Shown here: positions 44,820-54,101 of the stretch, in pieces
How positions within the stretch are numbered: the first letter of the stretch is position 1
Layout of the letters: each line of letters starts with the position of its first letter
Virus record (IMG/VR): IMGVR_UViG_3300008267_000017
Coordinates: 1 to 64,000 of that record
Length of the DNA: 64,000 bases
Source of the DNA: a virus
Taxonomy: Duplodnaviria; Heunggongvirae; Uroviricota; Caudoviricetes
Strand: one strand, 5' to 3'
The notes under the pieces: generated by a model
What the model saw: the letters and a program-made list of their open reading frames with translations, nothing else
Told to the model about the DNA's origin: nothing
Database searches by the model: none
Program-made: the position numbers and the translations under genes

Positions 44820-45336
44820 ATTTAAACAGTTTCTATCAGGTAACACTGATATCACCACTGCGCAAGCAGACATTGAAAAGGAAGTCGTTAATATGACTAC
44901 AGCAACAGAGCAGCCAATGGCGGCTGAAAACAACTCCGCAGATTTGGCAGCACAGCTTGCTTCCTCTTTATCTGCTTTAACCGAATTGCAAGCTTCTTTT
45001 GCAGAACTCTCCAGCAAGTTTGAAGCAGCGCAAGCAGCTTTGACAGTTGTAGAAAATGAAAAGAAAGAGATGGTTACTAAAGCTGCAGAAGCACGTTTAG
45101 TATCTCGTAAAGAATCCTTGGAAGCAACAGTAGGTACTATTAAAGCGGCTGAACTGTTGACTACATTGGAAGTGTTGGATGACACAGCGTTTGCTGCTGT
45201 TGTATCAACTATGAAGGTCAATCTCGATGCAGAAGCAAAGAGTGAAGCTTTCACTGAAGCAGGTGTAGCAGCAGAGGCAAATACAGATGTACAAGTAGCA
45301 CACTTCAAAGATTATATTAATAAAGGAAACAAGTAA
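44809..45336 (+). CDS. scaffolding protein
   Basis: Ala/Glu-rich coiled coil immediately upstream of the capsid genes. Confidence 0.55.
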   Translation: MLNKFKQFLSGNTDITTAQADIEKEVVNMTTATEQPMAAENNSADLAAQLASSLSALTELQASFAELSSKFEAAQAALTVVENEKKEMVTKAAEARLVSRKESLEATVGTIKAAELLTTLEVLDDTAFAAVVSTMKVNLDAEAKSEAFTEAGVAAEANTDVQVAHFKDYINKGNK

Positions 45337-45725
45337 TGACTAAATTAGCGACTCAAGGTAAAAAACTCTCAGGTGTATTGGCATTTGAAGATATGCCAGA
45401 ACACGGTTTTTGCCGTAAGACAGTAACAGTGACTATTCAAGCTAACATGGACATCGGTGCAGTATTGCATTTGTCTGGCGGTAAGTATGTCTGGATGCAA
45501 CAGTCCACTCACGCTGCAGCCACTGACGTATGTGTGTTGATTGACCACATGAAAGACATTCCAAGTTTGGCAGCAGGCGACCACTCTTTAGCAGTGTTGT
45601 ATCGTGGTAGTGCTGGTGTAGTAGATACTGGTTTGTTGTACAAGGATGCTTTGTCAGGTGCTGAGAAATTGGTAGTGCAAGGTAAGTTGGAAACAAAAGG
45701 TATTGTAACACGTACCGCTGTTTAA
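45336..45725 (+). CDS. head protein (possible decoration/auxiliary capsid protein)
   Basis: Positional only. ATGA coupling to the scaffold gene. Confidence 0.35.
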   Translation: MTKLATQGKKLSGVLAFEDMPEHGFCRKTVTVTIQANMDIGAVLHLSGGKYVWMQQSTHAAATDVCVLIDHMKDIPSLAAGDHSLAVLYRGSAGVVDTGLLYKDALSGAEKLVVQGKLETKGIVTRTAV

Positions 45726-45751
45726 TAATTAAAAGAATAAGGAATAAATAA

Positions 45752-46792
45752 ATGAACATTCGTGATTACTTCAATAACTTTAAGAATGCCGACTTCGTAG
45801 ACGGTATCACCAACACACCTTTACAATACGGCTATATCAATAGCCAAAACATGTTCAATGTTAAAGGTACTAACCAAACAGCTATCATCTTTGATAAAGA
45901 TGCTACTACTACAACTTTGTTGCCACAAGTAAATCGTGGTGATAAGTCTGCTACAGAGAACAAAGAGCGCACTGCTGAAACATTCGCTTTGAAATTGGCA
46001 TACTTCAAACACGCTGACCGTTTGACAGGTGAAGACATTCAATCTTGGCGTAAAGTTGGCTCTACAGATAGCCAAACATTAGCTGCTGCTACTGCTGACA
46101 AGTTGACAGATATGCGTCGTACTTGGGATCAAACCAACGAATACTTGAAATTGCAAGCAATCAAAGGTATTGCTAAGACTCCAGACGGTGCTGTATTGGC
46201 AAACATGTTTACAGAGTTTGGTATCACTCAAACTTCTGTAGACTTCTTGTTGGGAACTTCCACTACTAACGTAGACCAAAAGATTCGTCAATTGAAGACA
46301 GCAATCTCTAAGAACTTGCAAAACGGTGGTGCTATCTCTGGTATTGATGTCTTGGTTGACCCATTGTTCTTCGACAAGTTGATTTCTCATGCAAACATGA
46401 AGACAGCTTATCAATCTTATGTAAACTCTGGTAAACAATTGTTGCGTGATGATTTGTCCAGCTACATGAAGTGGGGCATCATGGATAGTTTCAACTTCCG
46501 TGGTGTGAACTTCATCTCTTACGATGCAACATTCAACTTACCAAACAGCACTACTGAAGACGCTTTCGCAGCTTCATCTGGTACAGCATACGCAACAGGC
46601 TCAAAAGATTTGTTCCGTGGCTATAATGGTCCTTCTAACAAGCTTTCTGCAGCTAACGAAGTTGGTCAAGAAGTTTATATGAATACATATGTTGACAGCC
46701 GAGACGAATTTGTAGAATTTGAAATGGAAGCAGCTCCGTTGTACTTCTGTACACGTCCTGCAAGCTTGATTGCTGTTACTTCAAGCAACTAA
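45752..46792 (+). CDS. major capsid protein (by position and size)
   Basis: 346 aa following protease and scaffold. AAGGAATAAATAAATG RBS. A terminator-like hairpin follows. Confidence 0.6.
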   Translation: MNIRDYFNNFKNADFVDGITNTPLQYGYINSQNMFNVKGTNQTAIIFDKDATTTTLLPQVNRGDKSATENKERTAETFALKLAYFKHADRLTGEDIQSWRKVGSTDSQTLAAATADKLTDMRRTWDQTNEYLKLQAIKGIAKTPDGAVLANMFTEFGITQTSVDFLLGTSTTNVDQKIRQLKTAISKNLQNGGAISGIDVLVDPLFFDKLISHANMKTAYQSYVNSGKQLLRDDLSSYMKWGIMDSFNFRGVNFISYDATFNLPNSTTEDAFAASSGTAYATGSKDLFRGYNGPSNKLSAANEVGQEVYMNTYVDSRDEFVEFEMEAAPLYFCTRPASLIAVTSSN

Positions 46793-46825
46793 TTAACATA
46801 GTCTGTTAATAAAATACCTTCTCAG

Positions 46826-46858
46826 AAATGGGAGGGTATTTCAGTTAGTAGATTTCTT
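46826..46858 (+). terminator. putative terminator hairpin after the capsid gene
   Basis: AUACCUUCUC...GGGAGGGUAU stem with two G.U pairs and a weak U-tract. Confidence 0.35.
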
Positions 46859-46871
46859 TAAAGGATATAGA

Positions 46872-47297
46872 ATGGCAATTATCGACCCAACCACAACTGT
46901 AGGAAAACTTAGATTGCGAGTTGGCGACACATCAGACCTGCCAATTCTTTCTGATTCAGTCTATGAGCAAACTTATATAGACAGTGGCAACAGCTTAAAT
47001 AGAGCATCTGCAACGTGCGCGCAATATATTCTAGCCTTACTTTCGCAGAACACGCACTCCAAGCTGGTACAAATTGAGGTGTGGGGAGGGGAAGCTTTTA
47101 CTAACTATTTAGCTTTCTTGACCAAGGTAGTTCTAAACCCTCAGCTATCACAAACTTGTCCTATCCCGTACTCTGCAAGTAATGATAACGTGCATCCATT
47201 AATAGAGTTCACAGATGATTGGTATGGTAATTTCCATGCTGGTACGCAGAGTGAAGAGCTTGCTCAAGATAGTGTTAACGGTGGATATAAAGTATGA
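46872..47297 (+). CDS. head-tail connector/completion protein (positional)
   Basis: ORF in a tightly coupled array. Confidence 0.4.
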   Translation: MAIIDPTTTVGKLRLRVGDTSDLPILSDSVYEQTYIDSGNSLNRASATCAQYILALLSQNTHSKLVQIEVWGGEAFTNYLAFLTKVVLNPQLSQTCPIPYSASNDNVHPLIEFTDDWYGNFHAGTQSEELAQDSVNGGYKV

Positions 47298-47695
47298 GAA
47301 TAAACCTAAATCAATTTCACAATGTTGTGCGAGACATGTTAGGAGCATTTCAAGGCGTGGGAACTCTTAATGTGTTCTCAGATGGAGCATACGTAGATGG
47401 TGAGGTTGTTAGCACAAAAACTACATATACAGTTGAGCAAGGAATGTTTGAGTTCCCTCAAAGTAATAGTGGTGACAAAAGTAAATTTGGTACACTGATA
47501 TTAGCTGGTGACAAATATTGTCTCATGCGCCCTGTAAACCAAACTGACCCTGACGCTACACCTCCTGTAATTAAAGCTAACAGGGACACAATAACAATAG
47601 ATAATGTAGAGTGGAAAATCTTTGCATTAAAGACAGTCAATCCTAGTGGTGTAAATGGGAATGATTTTTTATTTGAATTTCATCTTAGGAAATAG
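47294..47695 (+). CDS. head-tail connector/completion protein (positional)
   Basis: ATGA coupling. Confidence 0.4.
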   Translation: MRINLNQFHNVVRDMLGAFQGVGTLNVFSDGAYVDGEVVSTKTTYTVEQGMFEFPQSNSGDKSKFGTLILAGDKYCLMRPVNQTDPDATPPVIKANRDTITIDNVEWKIFALKTVNPSGVNGNDFLFEFHLRK

Positions 47696-47697
47696 AC

Positions 47698-48096
47698 ATG
47701 GCTTTACAATATTCAGTTACAGTAAACAATGCGCGTCTTGACGCAATTGAAGCAACAATTGGAACATCTCCAAAATTACGTGGTTACACTGGCTCTATGC
47801 CAGCTAATTGTGCAGCAGCAGCCACAGGAACATTACTCTTTGAAATGGCGCTCCCTTCCGATTGGATGGCAGCAGCTTCAGCAGGTGTGAAAGCTAAATC
47901 TGGTACGTGGACGGACACAGCAGACGCTACTGGAGTCGTAGGATATTGTCGCATTGTTGACACAGCGGGAACTGTCACAGGGTTACAAGGTGATGCTGGT
48001 ATGGGTAGCGGTACTTTCAATTTTGACAATACATCAGTTGCCACAGGACAATCAGTGACCATAAATACATTCCAGCTCACAGCTGCTAATACTTAA
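47698..48096 (+). CDS. structural protein (positional)
   Basis: ORF, coupled. Confidence 0.4.
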   Translation: MALQYSVTVNNARLDAIEATIGTSPKLRGYTGSMPANCAAAATGTLLFEMALPSDWMAAASAGVKAKSGTWTDTADATGVVGYCRIVDTAGTVTGLQGDAGMGSGTFNFDNTSVATGQSVTINTFQLTAANT

Positions 48097-48098
48097 TC

Positions 48099-48377
48099 AT
48101 GTCAGCTAAAGGCACTATAGAGATAGATTTCTCAACAGGCTCCAACGAAGCTTCAGTAGCTGTCACAGGTCAAACTGCGATTACATCTTCCAACGCAGCA
48201 GAAGCTTGGATTATGCGGGAAGCCTCTACAGAACATACAGCAAACGATCATGCATATGCAGCCTTGTTCATGGCGCTTACATGCAACACTCCTACAGATG
48301 GTGTAGGTTTTACAATATATGCTACAACCACTGAGAAGCTTTCTGGAAAGTTTTCTCTTCGGTGGGTGTGGGCTTAA
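48099..48377 (+). CDS. structural protein (positional)
   Basis: ORF, coupled. Confidence 0.4.
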   Translation: MSAKGTIEIDFSTGSNEASVAVTGQTAITSSNAAEAWIMREASTEHTANDHAYAALFMALTCNTPTDGVGFTIYATTTEKLSGKFSLRWVWA

Positions 48378-48389
48378 TAAGGAAACAGC

Positions 48390-49862
48390 ATGAGCTTAGA
48401 TAGTAAAATTTATGGTAGTACAAGTAATAATGGAGTAGAAGCAGACGCAGGGGGTCATCTAAAAACTACTACGTCGCTTGACCCTCAATATATGGGTGGT
48501 GCAAGACAGTTTAATGAAAATGACACTGGAAGTATCACAGGAAATCCTTGGCTCTACTCATCTGAAGTAGACACTGATTTCAGGCTGCGTGTGTCTCAAG
48601 ATATTATTTTAGATGAAGAAGTATTTAACTACACAGCTCAGAACACTGGTAAACACTCTCACGCAGTTACTACAATGGCAAGCACATGGACTGCGGGACA
48701 GTTCACCACAAACTCTGCCAATATTACCACAACAACTACAGGTGTGCAGTTACTGACGTATGCCACATTTCCTAATACGGGGACGCAGACGCTAAGTGCT
48801 GACATGATTGTTGGATTTAGTGCTCAACCTAATGCAAACACATTCGTAGAGTTTGGATTCATGCAATCCTCATCTGCCACAACAGCACCTACGGATGGTT
48901 GTTTCTTTAGGCTGAATTCAGCAGGTTTGCAAGGTGTCTTATCCAATAGTGGTACAGAGACTTCTACAGGGGTGTTCCCCTTATCTGGTGGCTCTGGTAC
49001 ATGGGCTTACACAAATAACAAGAAGTATCAGTTCATCTGCTACCTTGGAGGTGTTGCGGCTTATTTTTGGGTGAATGATGGTGTTTCTACTCAATTACTA
49101 GGGAGTATACCATTACCTACAGGACAGCATAGACTTGTTATGGCTACGGGTGTGCAAGTAGGATTCAAACACCGCATTACAGGTGGTGCTGCAGGTGGTG
49201 TATTTCAGGCACAATTAGGCTCTTACAATGTCCGTCTTGGTGGTTCCAATGTATCTACTGTCCCAAGTACACAAGGTAATCGTATTTACGGAAGTTACCA
49301 AGGACAATCTGGCGGGACAATGGGTTCTTTGGCAAACTACGCCAATAGTACCAACCCTACAGCAGCAGTCCCAACTAATACCACAGCAGCATTAGGTAGT
49401 GGTTTAGGGGGACAATTTTGGGAAACAGTTTCTCTAGCTGCTAACACTGATGGTATTATTTGTTCATACCAAGTCCCTGCTGTATCTCTGAACGGTACAT
49501 CACGTAGGTTAGTTGTCCGTGGGTTGTACTTGAATAGCTATGTACAGACAGTGGTTGTGGGTGCTCCTTATGTTGCTCAATACTCATTAGCTTGGGGGCA
49601 TACAGCCGTGTCTCTTGCGACAGCAGAATCAGCTACAGCAAAAGCTCCAAGACGTATATCTTTACCGTTTACACAACTTGTAACAGCAAACCAAGCAGTG
49701 AGCACGTTAGTACAGCAACCATCAACATTTTGTGATTTAGGAGATGCCCCTATTTTCGTTAACGCTGGTGAATTTATCCAATTAGTGACAAAACACGTAG
49801 GGACTGCTGGTACGACTGGAACGATTGCCCACAATGTAACATTCGTCTACGGATGGGAGTAA
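48390..49862 (+). CDS. Ser/Thr/Gly-rich structural protein (490 aa), possible head fibre or neck appendage
   Basis: Composition and position only. No recognised motif. Confidence 0.4.
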   Translation: MSLDSKIYGSTSNNGVEADAGGHLKTTTSLDPQYMGGARQFNENDTGSITGNPWLYSSEVDTDFRLRVSQDIILDEEVFNYTAQNTGKHSHAVTTMASTWTAGQFTTNSANITTTTTGVQLLTYATFPNTGTQTLSADMIVGFSAQPNANTFVEFGFMQSSSATTAPTDGCFFRLNSAGLQGVLSNSGTETSTGVFPLSGGSGTWAYTNNKKYQFICYLGGVAAYFWVNDGVSTQLLGSIPLPTGQHRLVMATGVQVGFKHRITGGAAGGVFQAQLGSYNVRLGGSNVSTVPSTQGNRIYGSYQGQSGGTMGSLANYANSTNPTAAVPTNTTAALGSGLGGQFWETVSLAANTDGIICSYQVPAVSLNGTSRRLVVRGLYLNSYVQTVVVGAPYVAQYSLAWGHTAVSLATAESATAKAPRRISLPFTQLVTANQAVSTLVQQPSTFCDLGDAPIFVNAGEFIQLVTKHVGTAGTTGTIAHNVTFVYGWE

Positions 49863-49879
49863 TTTCTTAGGAGCTTTAG

Positions 49880-51127
49880 ATGTCATTACTGTTAGCTCTC
49901 CTAGAAAGTGGTAGTACAGGAATAAATGGGTCTGTATCGGTTGTAGAATCGTCAGACTCATTATCCAGTGATGTGTTAGTAGCTGTTTCAGCAAATACAA
50001 CTACATCAGAACAATCTGACACCATTAGCTCACAAGCAACTTCAACTCTGTCTAGTGTCGTTGTTGTAATAGAACAGTCTGATAACTTAATATCCCTAGT
50101 TGGTATTGGTGTTACAGGGAGCAGTGCAACCACAGAACAATCTGACAGTTGCGTATCCACTTGTGGTGTTGCTATAGTTGGTAGCTCTGTGCATACAGAA
50201 AGTGCTGACACCCTATCAAGTGGCTCAAGCATCACTGTATCGTGTAACACTGTAGAAACAGAGATTGCAGATACTTTAGATTCATACGCTTCTGTGGGTG
50301 TGCTCGGTGTAACAGCCAATCTTTCTTACACAGAATTAGCAGATACATCTACATCTTTAAGCAGTGTCAGTGTCGTGTCAAACGCTGTTGTAACGGAGCT
50401 TTCAGACAATATTAGTTCTAGTGTTGGTGTGCAGATTAGGTCAAATACTTCGTACAGTGAAGCTGCTGACAGTCTTGCCTCAACAGGTGTTGTACATGTA
50501 AGACCAAGTGTTAGTGTCACTGAATCTCAGGATGTTCTGGCAAGTGCTTCAAGCGTCAGTATCTCGGCATTTTCTACATCTAATGAGGTTGGTGACAGCT
50601 TAGTTTCCTCTATAGGCAACTTAATTACATGTACATCAGCTAACACAGAACAATCAGACTCACTGACAGCAACTGCAGGTCACACTCCTATTTCTTGCTC
50701 TCTGTCAGTAGTTGAACAAGCAGATGTCTCGTTAATAGTAGGAACAGTCAAAGTAGTTGCTGTATTCTCATCTACTGAACAAAGTGATAATCTAGCCTCA
50801 CTCGCAGCATTAGTGGTAGCTTCAAACTCTGACATCTACGAAGTTGCAGATAGCGGTGAAGCTACAGTTGTAACAGGGATTCAATGTAATGTCACAGCTA
50901 CAGAATTTGATGACATATTGATTAGTAGTGTGGAAGTTGCCACTCCTATTTCTTATTTATTAGATGCTCTAAGAAAACAAGTTGTCAAACGTGAACACCG
51001 ATTCTACTTAGTCGAAGAGCAGGACAGATGTTTTGTTAATAAGAAACGTCTCAAAACGATTGATATAGAAGATGAAGATAGGTTTAGAATTATAGCTTAT
51101 AAAAATAGAAAAGTGAAGGTAGGATGA
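49880..51127 (+). CDS. tandem-repeat Ser-rich structural protein (about 15 copies of a 21-aa unit with core TEQSDxLSS)
   Basis: Protein periodicity is visible by eye (..SANTTTSEQSDTISS.., ..SSATTEQSDSCVS.., ..FSSTEQSDNLASL..). The underlying DNA repeat is about 63 bp, containing ACAGAACAATCTGACA. Confidence 0.5.
   Translation: MSLLLALLESGSTGINGSVSVVESSDSLSSDVLVAVSANTTTSEQSDTISSQATSTLSSVVVVIEQSDNLISLVGIGVTGSSATTEQSDSCVSTCGVAIVGSSVHTESADTLSSGSSITVSCNTVETEIADTLDSYASVGVLGVTANLSYTELADTSTSLSSVSVVSNAVVTELSDNISSSVGVQIRSNTSYSEAADSLASTGVVHVRPSVSVTESQDVLASASSVSISAFSTSNEVGDSLVSSIGNLITCTSANTEQSDSLTATAGHTPISCSLSVVEQADVSLIVGTVKVVAVFSSTEQSDNLASLAALVVASNSDIYEVADSGEATVVTGIQCNVTATEFDDILISSVEVATPISYLLDALRKQVVKREHRFYLVEEQDRCFVNKKRLKTIDIEDEDRFRIIAYKNRKVKVG
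49960..50900 (+). repeat. degenerate 63-bp in-frame coding tandem repeats
   Basis: Recurrence of ACAGAACAATCTGACA-like units at about 49999, 50128, 50645 and 50770. Not a CRISPR array: there are no unique spacers and the repeats are coding. Confidence 0.5.
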
Positions 51128-51411
51128 TGGCTAGTAAAGTAGAGAAAGAATTTGAACATGCACCCCTTGCCAAGCTTGACTATGGCTTTGATTGGACGTT
51201 GTGGCTTGATAGCGCGGAAACCATAACTTCAAGCAGTTGGGAAGCTCCTGTAGACCTCATAAAAAGTAATGAGCAGAATCTAGCAGGAGTGACCTCATTG
51301 TTTGTAGAAGGAGGTGTTGTCAATACAAGGTACGAGATTATCAATTCAATTACAACCTCTAGTGGACGTAAAGATTCTCGGACAATCACACTATTTTGCA
51401 AGCAGCGGTAG
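51124..51411 (+). CDS. hypothetical structural protein
   Basis: ATGA coupling. Confidence 0.4.
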   Translation: MMASKVEKEFEHAPLAKLDYGFDWTLWLDSAETITSSSWEAPVDLIKSNEQNLAGVTSLFVEGGVVNTRYEIINSITTSSGRKDSRTITLFCKQR

Positions 51412-51461
51412 TCAGCTATTGACTTTTAGCCACTATCATAGTATAATCATAGGACAAACAA

Positions 51462-51875
51462 ATGGGAAGCTTTGCAGACAGCATTAAAGCGAACATCAAA
51501 GAGCTTCAACAAGAAGTTAATGATAGGATTACAAACGAAGCTATTAAAACGTTTAGAAGCGTTGTTTCTTACTCCCCTTCTCAAGACTTCAATGGCTCTG
51601 AATGGGCTACAGGTTGGGTTATCAATCAATGGTATCCTAGTGTCGGTAGTCCTTCTTCTTCATTAACAGATGGTAGAGATCAAGCAGGTATCAACAGTGG
51701 AGATCGAATAGCCCAGTTAATAGGAAGTAAAAACTTCATAGCAAAAGATAATTCCTTGTGGCTTACAAACAATGTACCTTATGTGTATCAAGTTGAGGCT
51801 ACTGGTTGGGTGAAGACAAAACCTTATGCAATGGTTGATAAAGCCTTGACAGATGCTAAGACAAGAATAGGCTAA
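51462..51875 (+). CDS. hypothetical structural protein
   Basis: ORF. Confidence 0.4.
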   Translation: MGSFADSIKANIKELQQEVNDRITNEAIKTFRSVVSYSPSQDFNGSEWATGWVINQWYPSVGSPSSSLTDGRDQAGINSGDRIAQLIGSKNFIAKDNSLWLTNNVPYVYQVEATGWVKTKPYAMVDKALTDAKTRIG

Positions 51876-51877
51876 AC

Positions 51878-52285
51878 ATGACACAAAGAACAATACGCTT
51901 AGAAGTAGAAGCTAAAGTGAAAGCTTGGGCAGCAGCTCAATCTCCCGCAATTCCAATTGCTTATGAGAATGTAGCATTCACAAAACCAGATACAACATTC
52001 ATTGAACTATACATCATTCCAGCTACAACTGTCAATCAAACAGTGAGTGCAGCAAGAAAAACTTTGACAGGATTGATACAGTTTAACATATATACAAAAG
52101 AAGGTGGCGGTACAAAGAAGTCTGAAGAACTTGCACAAGCTCTCATAGACCTCTTCCCTGTGGTTCCTAAAACTGGCACTGGCACTGTCAGTATAGAACA
52201 GACAGGTAGTATTATGAACACACTCTATGAAGCTCAGTGGCTCGTAACACCTGTACGATTTAGATACAGACAAGAAAATTATTAG
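51878..52285 (+). CDS. hypothetical structural protein (possible tail terminator/completion)
   Basis: Positional. Confidence 0.35.
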   Translation: MTQRTIRLEVEAKVKAWAAAQSPAIPIAYENVAFTKPDTTFIELYIIPATTVNQTVSAARKTLTGLIQFNIYTKEGGGTKKSEELAQALIDLFPVVPKTGTGTVSIEQTGSIMNTLYEAQWLVTPVRFRYRQENY

Positions 52286-52348
52286 CAGCAAAATTTGCCC
52301 CTCAAGGGCTTTATCTAGCCGTAAGGCAAATTTAATAAAGGAAATAAA

Positions 52349-52705
52349 ATGGCAGCATTAACAAGCACAGTGTTACAAAGTGCAACAGGTGTGGCAACAG
52401 CTACTGTCAATACGGCATCTGCTTCTGACACTTTAACATACGTTGCAGGTAGTGGTCAACTAGTTGAGATGGATAACACCACAGGTGGTAGCTTGACTTT
52501 GAACATCAAAGGTTCTTTACCTTCTACAACATACCCTGTAAGTGGCACATCCACAACTATCGACTTGTCAGCAGGTTTCAGTGTGACAATCGCAGCAGGT
52601 GCTAAGAAAATTATCAATTTGGATAAGATTAAAGCTTATTTAACAGGTACAGGCGTTGTTACCCTTTCAGGCGCAGCAACATTAAAAATCACAGTATACG
52701 CTTAA
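52349..52705 (+). CDS. hypothetical structural protein
   Basis: ORF upstream of the major tail gene. Confidence 0.4.
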   Translation: MAALTSTVLQSATGVATATVNTASASDTLTYVAGSGQLVEMDNTTGGSLTLNIKGSLPSTTYPVSGTSTTIDLSAGFSVTIAAGAKKIINLDKIKAYLTGTGVVTLSGAATLKITVYA

Positions 52706-52725
52706 TATAATTAAAAGGAAACAAC

Positions 52726-53178
52726 ATGTCTGAAATTCATAGCGCAGCAGGTACGAAGCTCTCTATCGCAACAATCGGTGGTGAGCCAGTAACAATTAAC
52801 CAAGCAGGTTTTGAATCTAAAACCTATGTAGAAGTTGGTGAAATTACAAACATCGGTGACTTTGGTGCAACAGTGAACGTTATCAATCACTCTCCATTAT
52901 CCAATCGTGTTATCAAGAAATTCAAAGGTTCTATTAACAACGGTTCAGGTTCTTATGAGTTTGCTTCTAAAGCTTCCGATGCAGGTCAAATCTTGGTAAA
53001 AGCAGCTTCTGTATCTGACTTGGCATATGCCGTTAAAGTAGAAGAACAAGATGGTGCTATCACTTACTTCATGTGCTTGTTCACATCTTTCGTTAAGAAA
53101 ATCGGTACTATTGATAACGTTGTAGCGGGTAGTGCAAACTATGAGATTACTTCTGCTATCGTAGAAATCCCTGTTTAA
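52726..53178 (+). CDS. major tail (tube) protein
   Basis: 150 aa immediately upstream of the G/GT chaperone pair and tape measure. Strong AAAAGGAAACAACATG RBS. A hairpin follows. Confidence 0.55.
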   Translation: MSEIHSAAGTKLSIATIGGEPVTINQAGFESKTYVEVGEITNIGDFGATVNVINHSPLSNRVIKKFKGSINNGSGSYEFASKASDAGQILVKAASVSDLAYAVKVEEQDGAITYFMCLFTSFVKKIGTIDNVVAGSANYEITSAIVEIPV

Positions 53179-53259
53179 TAATTAGCAACAAGAAGGGGAA
53201 CACAGATTCCCCTCTTAATAACATAAACTAAATTCTCTCAAACTATAAAGGAAATACAA

Positions 53260-53655
53260 ATGAAATTATCTAGCTTAAAAGCAAAAACCTCTGCTGTTCC
53301 TGTTGTCGTCTTGCACCCTTCTATTGGTGAATTAGTAGACAAAGGTAATAAAGTTACCCTGCACATCTTCGGTAAAGCATCTAAGCAATACCGTGATTAC
53401 ACAGAAGCTCAAACAGACAGCTTCATTGCAAAACAACAAGCCAAAGTTAAATCGAAAACAACTGGTAAACAATTGTTGGCAGATCGTGTGAAGTTTATTG
53501 CAGCTATGACATCTAAGATTGAACATCTTGAAGCAGATGATGGTAGTAAGTATGACAACACAGCAGCTCTTGAAGAGTTGTATGCAAATCCAGAATACCA
53601 CTGGTTGTTAGAATTCGCTGAAGCAGCTTTGGAAGATAATGCAAATTTCTTCTAA
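53260..53655 (+). CDS. tail assembly chaperone (gpG-like)
   Basis: Position before the tape measure. Ends with a slippery heptamer. Confidence 0.6.
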   Translation: MKLSSLKAKTSAVPVVVLHPSIGELVDKGNKVTLHIFGKASKQYRDYTEAQTDSFIAKQQAKVKSKTTGKQLLADRVKFIAAMTSKIEHLEADDGSKYDNTAALEELYANPEYHWLLEFAEAALEDNANFF

Positions 53656-54092
53656 CCCTGTCTGAAGAGCTTCTACTTTTTGCAAGACAATTAGGATGGT
53701 ATCACAGCGTACCAGAGAAAGAAAAGAAGACTAGAGCTGCAAAATTATTAGAACAAGAATCAGGACTAGAACTCTCTTTGCCACAATGCACAGCCGAGTT
53801 TCTAGTCCTTTTGTTTTATGAGCTTGGGCTTTGTGGACAGGGTGCAAATGGGGCTACGACAATAACGTGGCAAGAAATACAATCTTGGAACGAAATAGCA
53901 GATAAAAGGCTCACCCCTTGGGAAGCTAACATGTTACATGAAATGAGTGGTGCATATGTGGCAGAAGTTCATGCTGCTACAGAGTTAGGAAGACCAGCTC
54001 CATATTCAGAAACAGATATGACTGTTGAACGTAGGAAATCAGTAGCAAGTAAATTCAGGGCTTCAATTGAAGCTGCAAAACAAAGTAGATAG
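53260..54092 (+). CDS. tail assembly chaperone G-T fusion product made by a -1 frameshift at 53643-53649
   Basis: The -1 frame from the slip site reads KFLLTLSEELLLFARQLGWYHSVPEKEKKTRAAKLLEQESGLELSLPQCTAEF..., continuous with ORF 53778-54092 and ending just before the tape measure start. Confidence 0.5.
53643..53649 (+). promoter_or_regulatory. -1 programmed ribosomal frameshift slippery heptamer A_AAU_UUC
   Basis: Zero-frame codons GCA AAT TTC TTC TAA. Shifting -1 opens a stop-free frame running into ORF 53778-54092. Confidence 0.55.
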
Positions 54093-54101
54093 GAAATATT
54101 T

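Noticed and set aside
44772-45308. Minus-strand Ala/Ser-rich ORF (178 aa) opposite the scaffold gene
   Set aside because: It is the mirror image of the Ala/Glu-rich scaffold codons (GCx read backwards), a typical antisense artefact. The 47784-48080, 49577-50319, 54929-55498 and other minus ORFs inside the structural module were rejected for the same reason.
49960-50900. Possible CRISPR array
   Set aside because: The repeats are degenerate, in frame and protein-coding, with no unique spacers. They are the tandem repeats of a structural protein.
53183-53215. Strong intrinsic terminator after the major tail gene
   Set aside because: The hairpin GAAGGGGA...UCCCCUCU exists, but the downstream tract (UUAAUAAC) is not U-rich. 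It is at most a weak attenuator, so it was not listed as a confident terminator.
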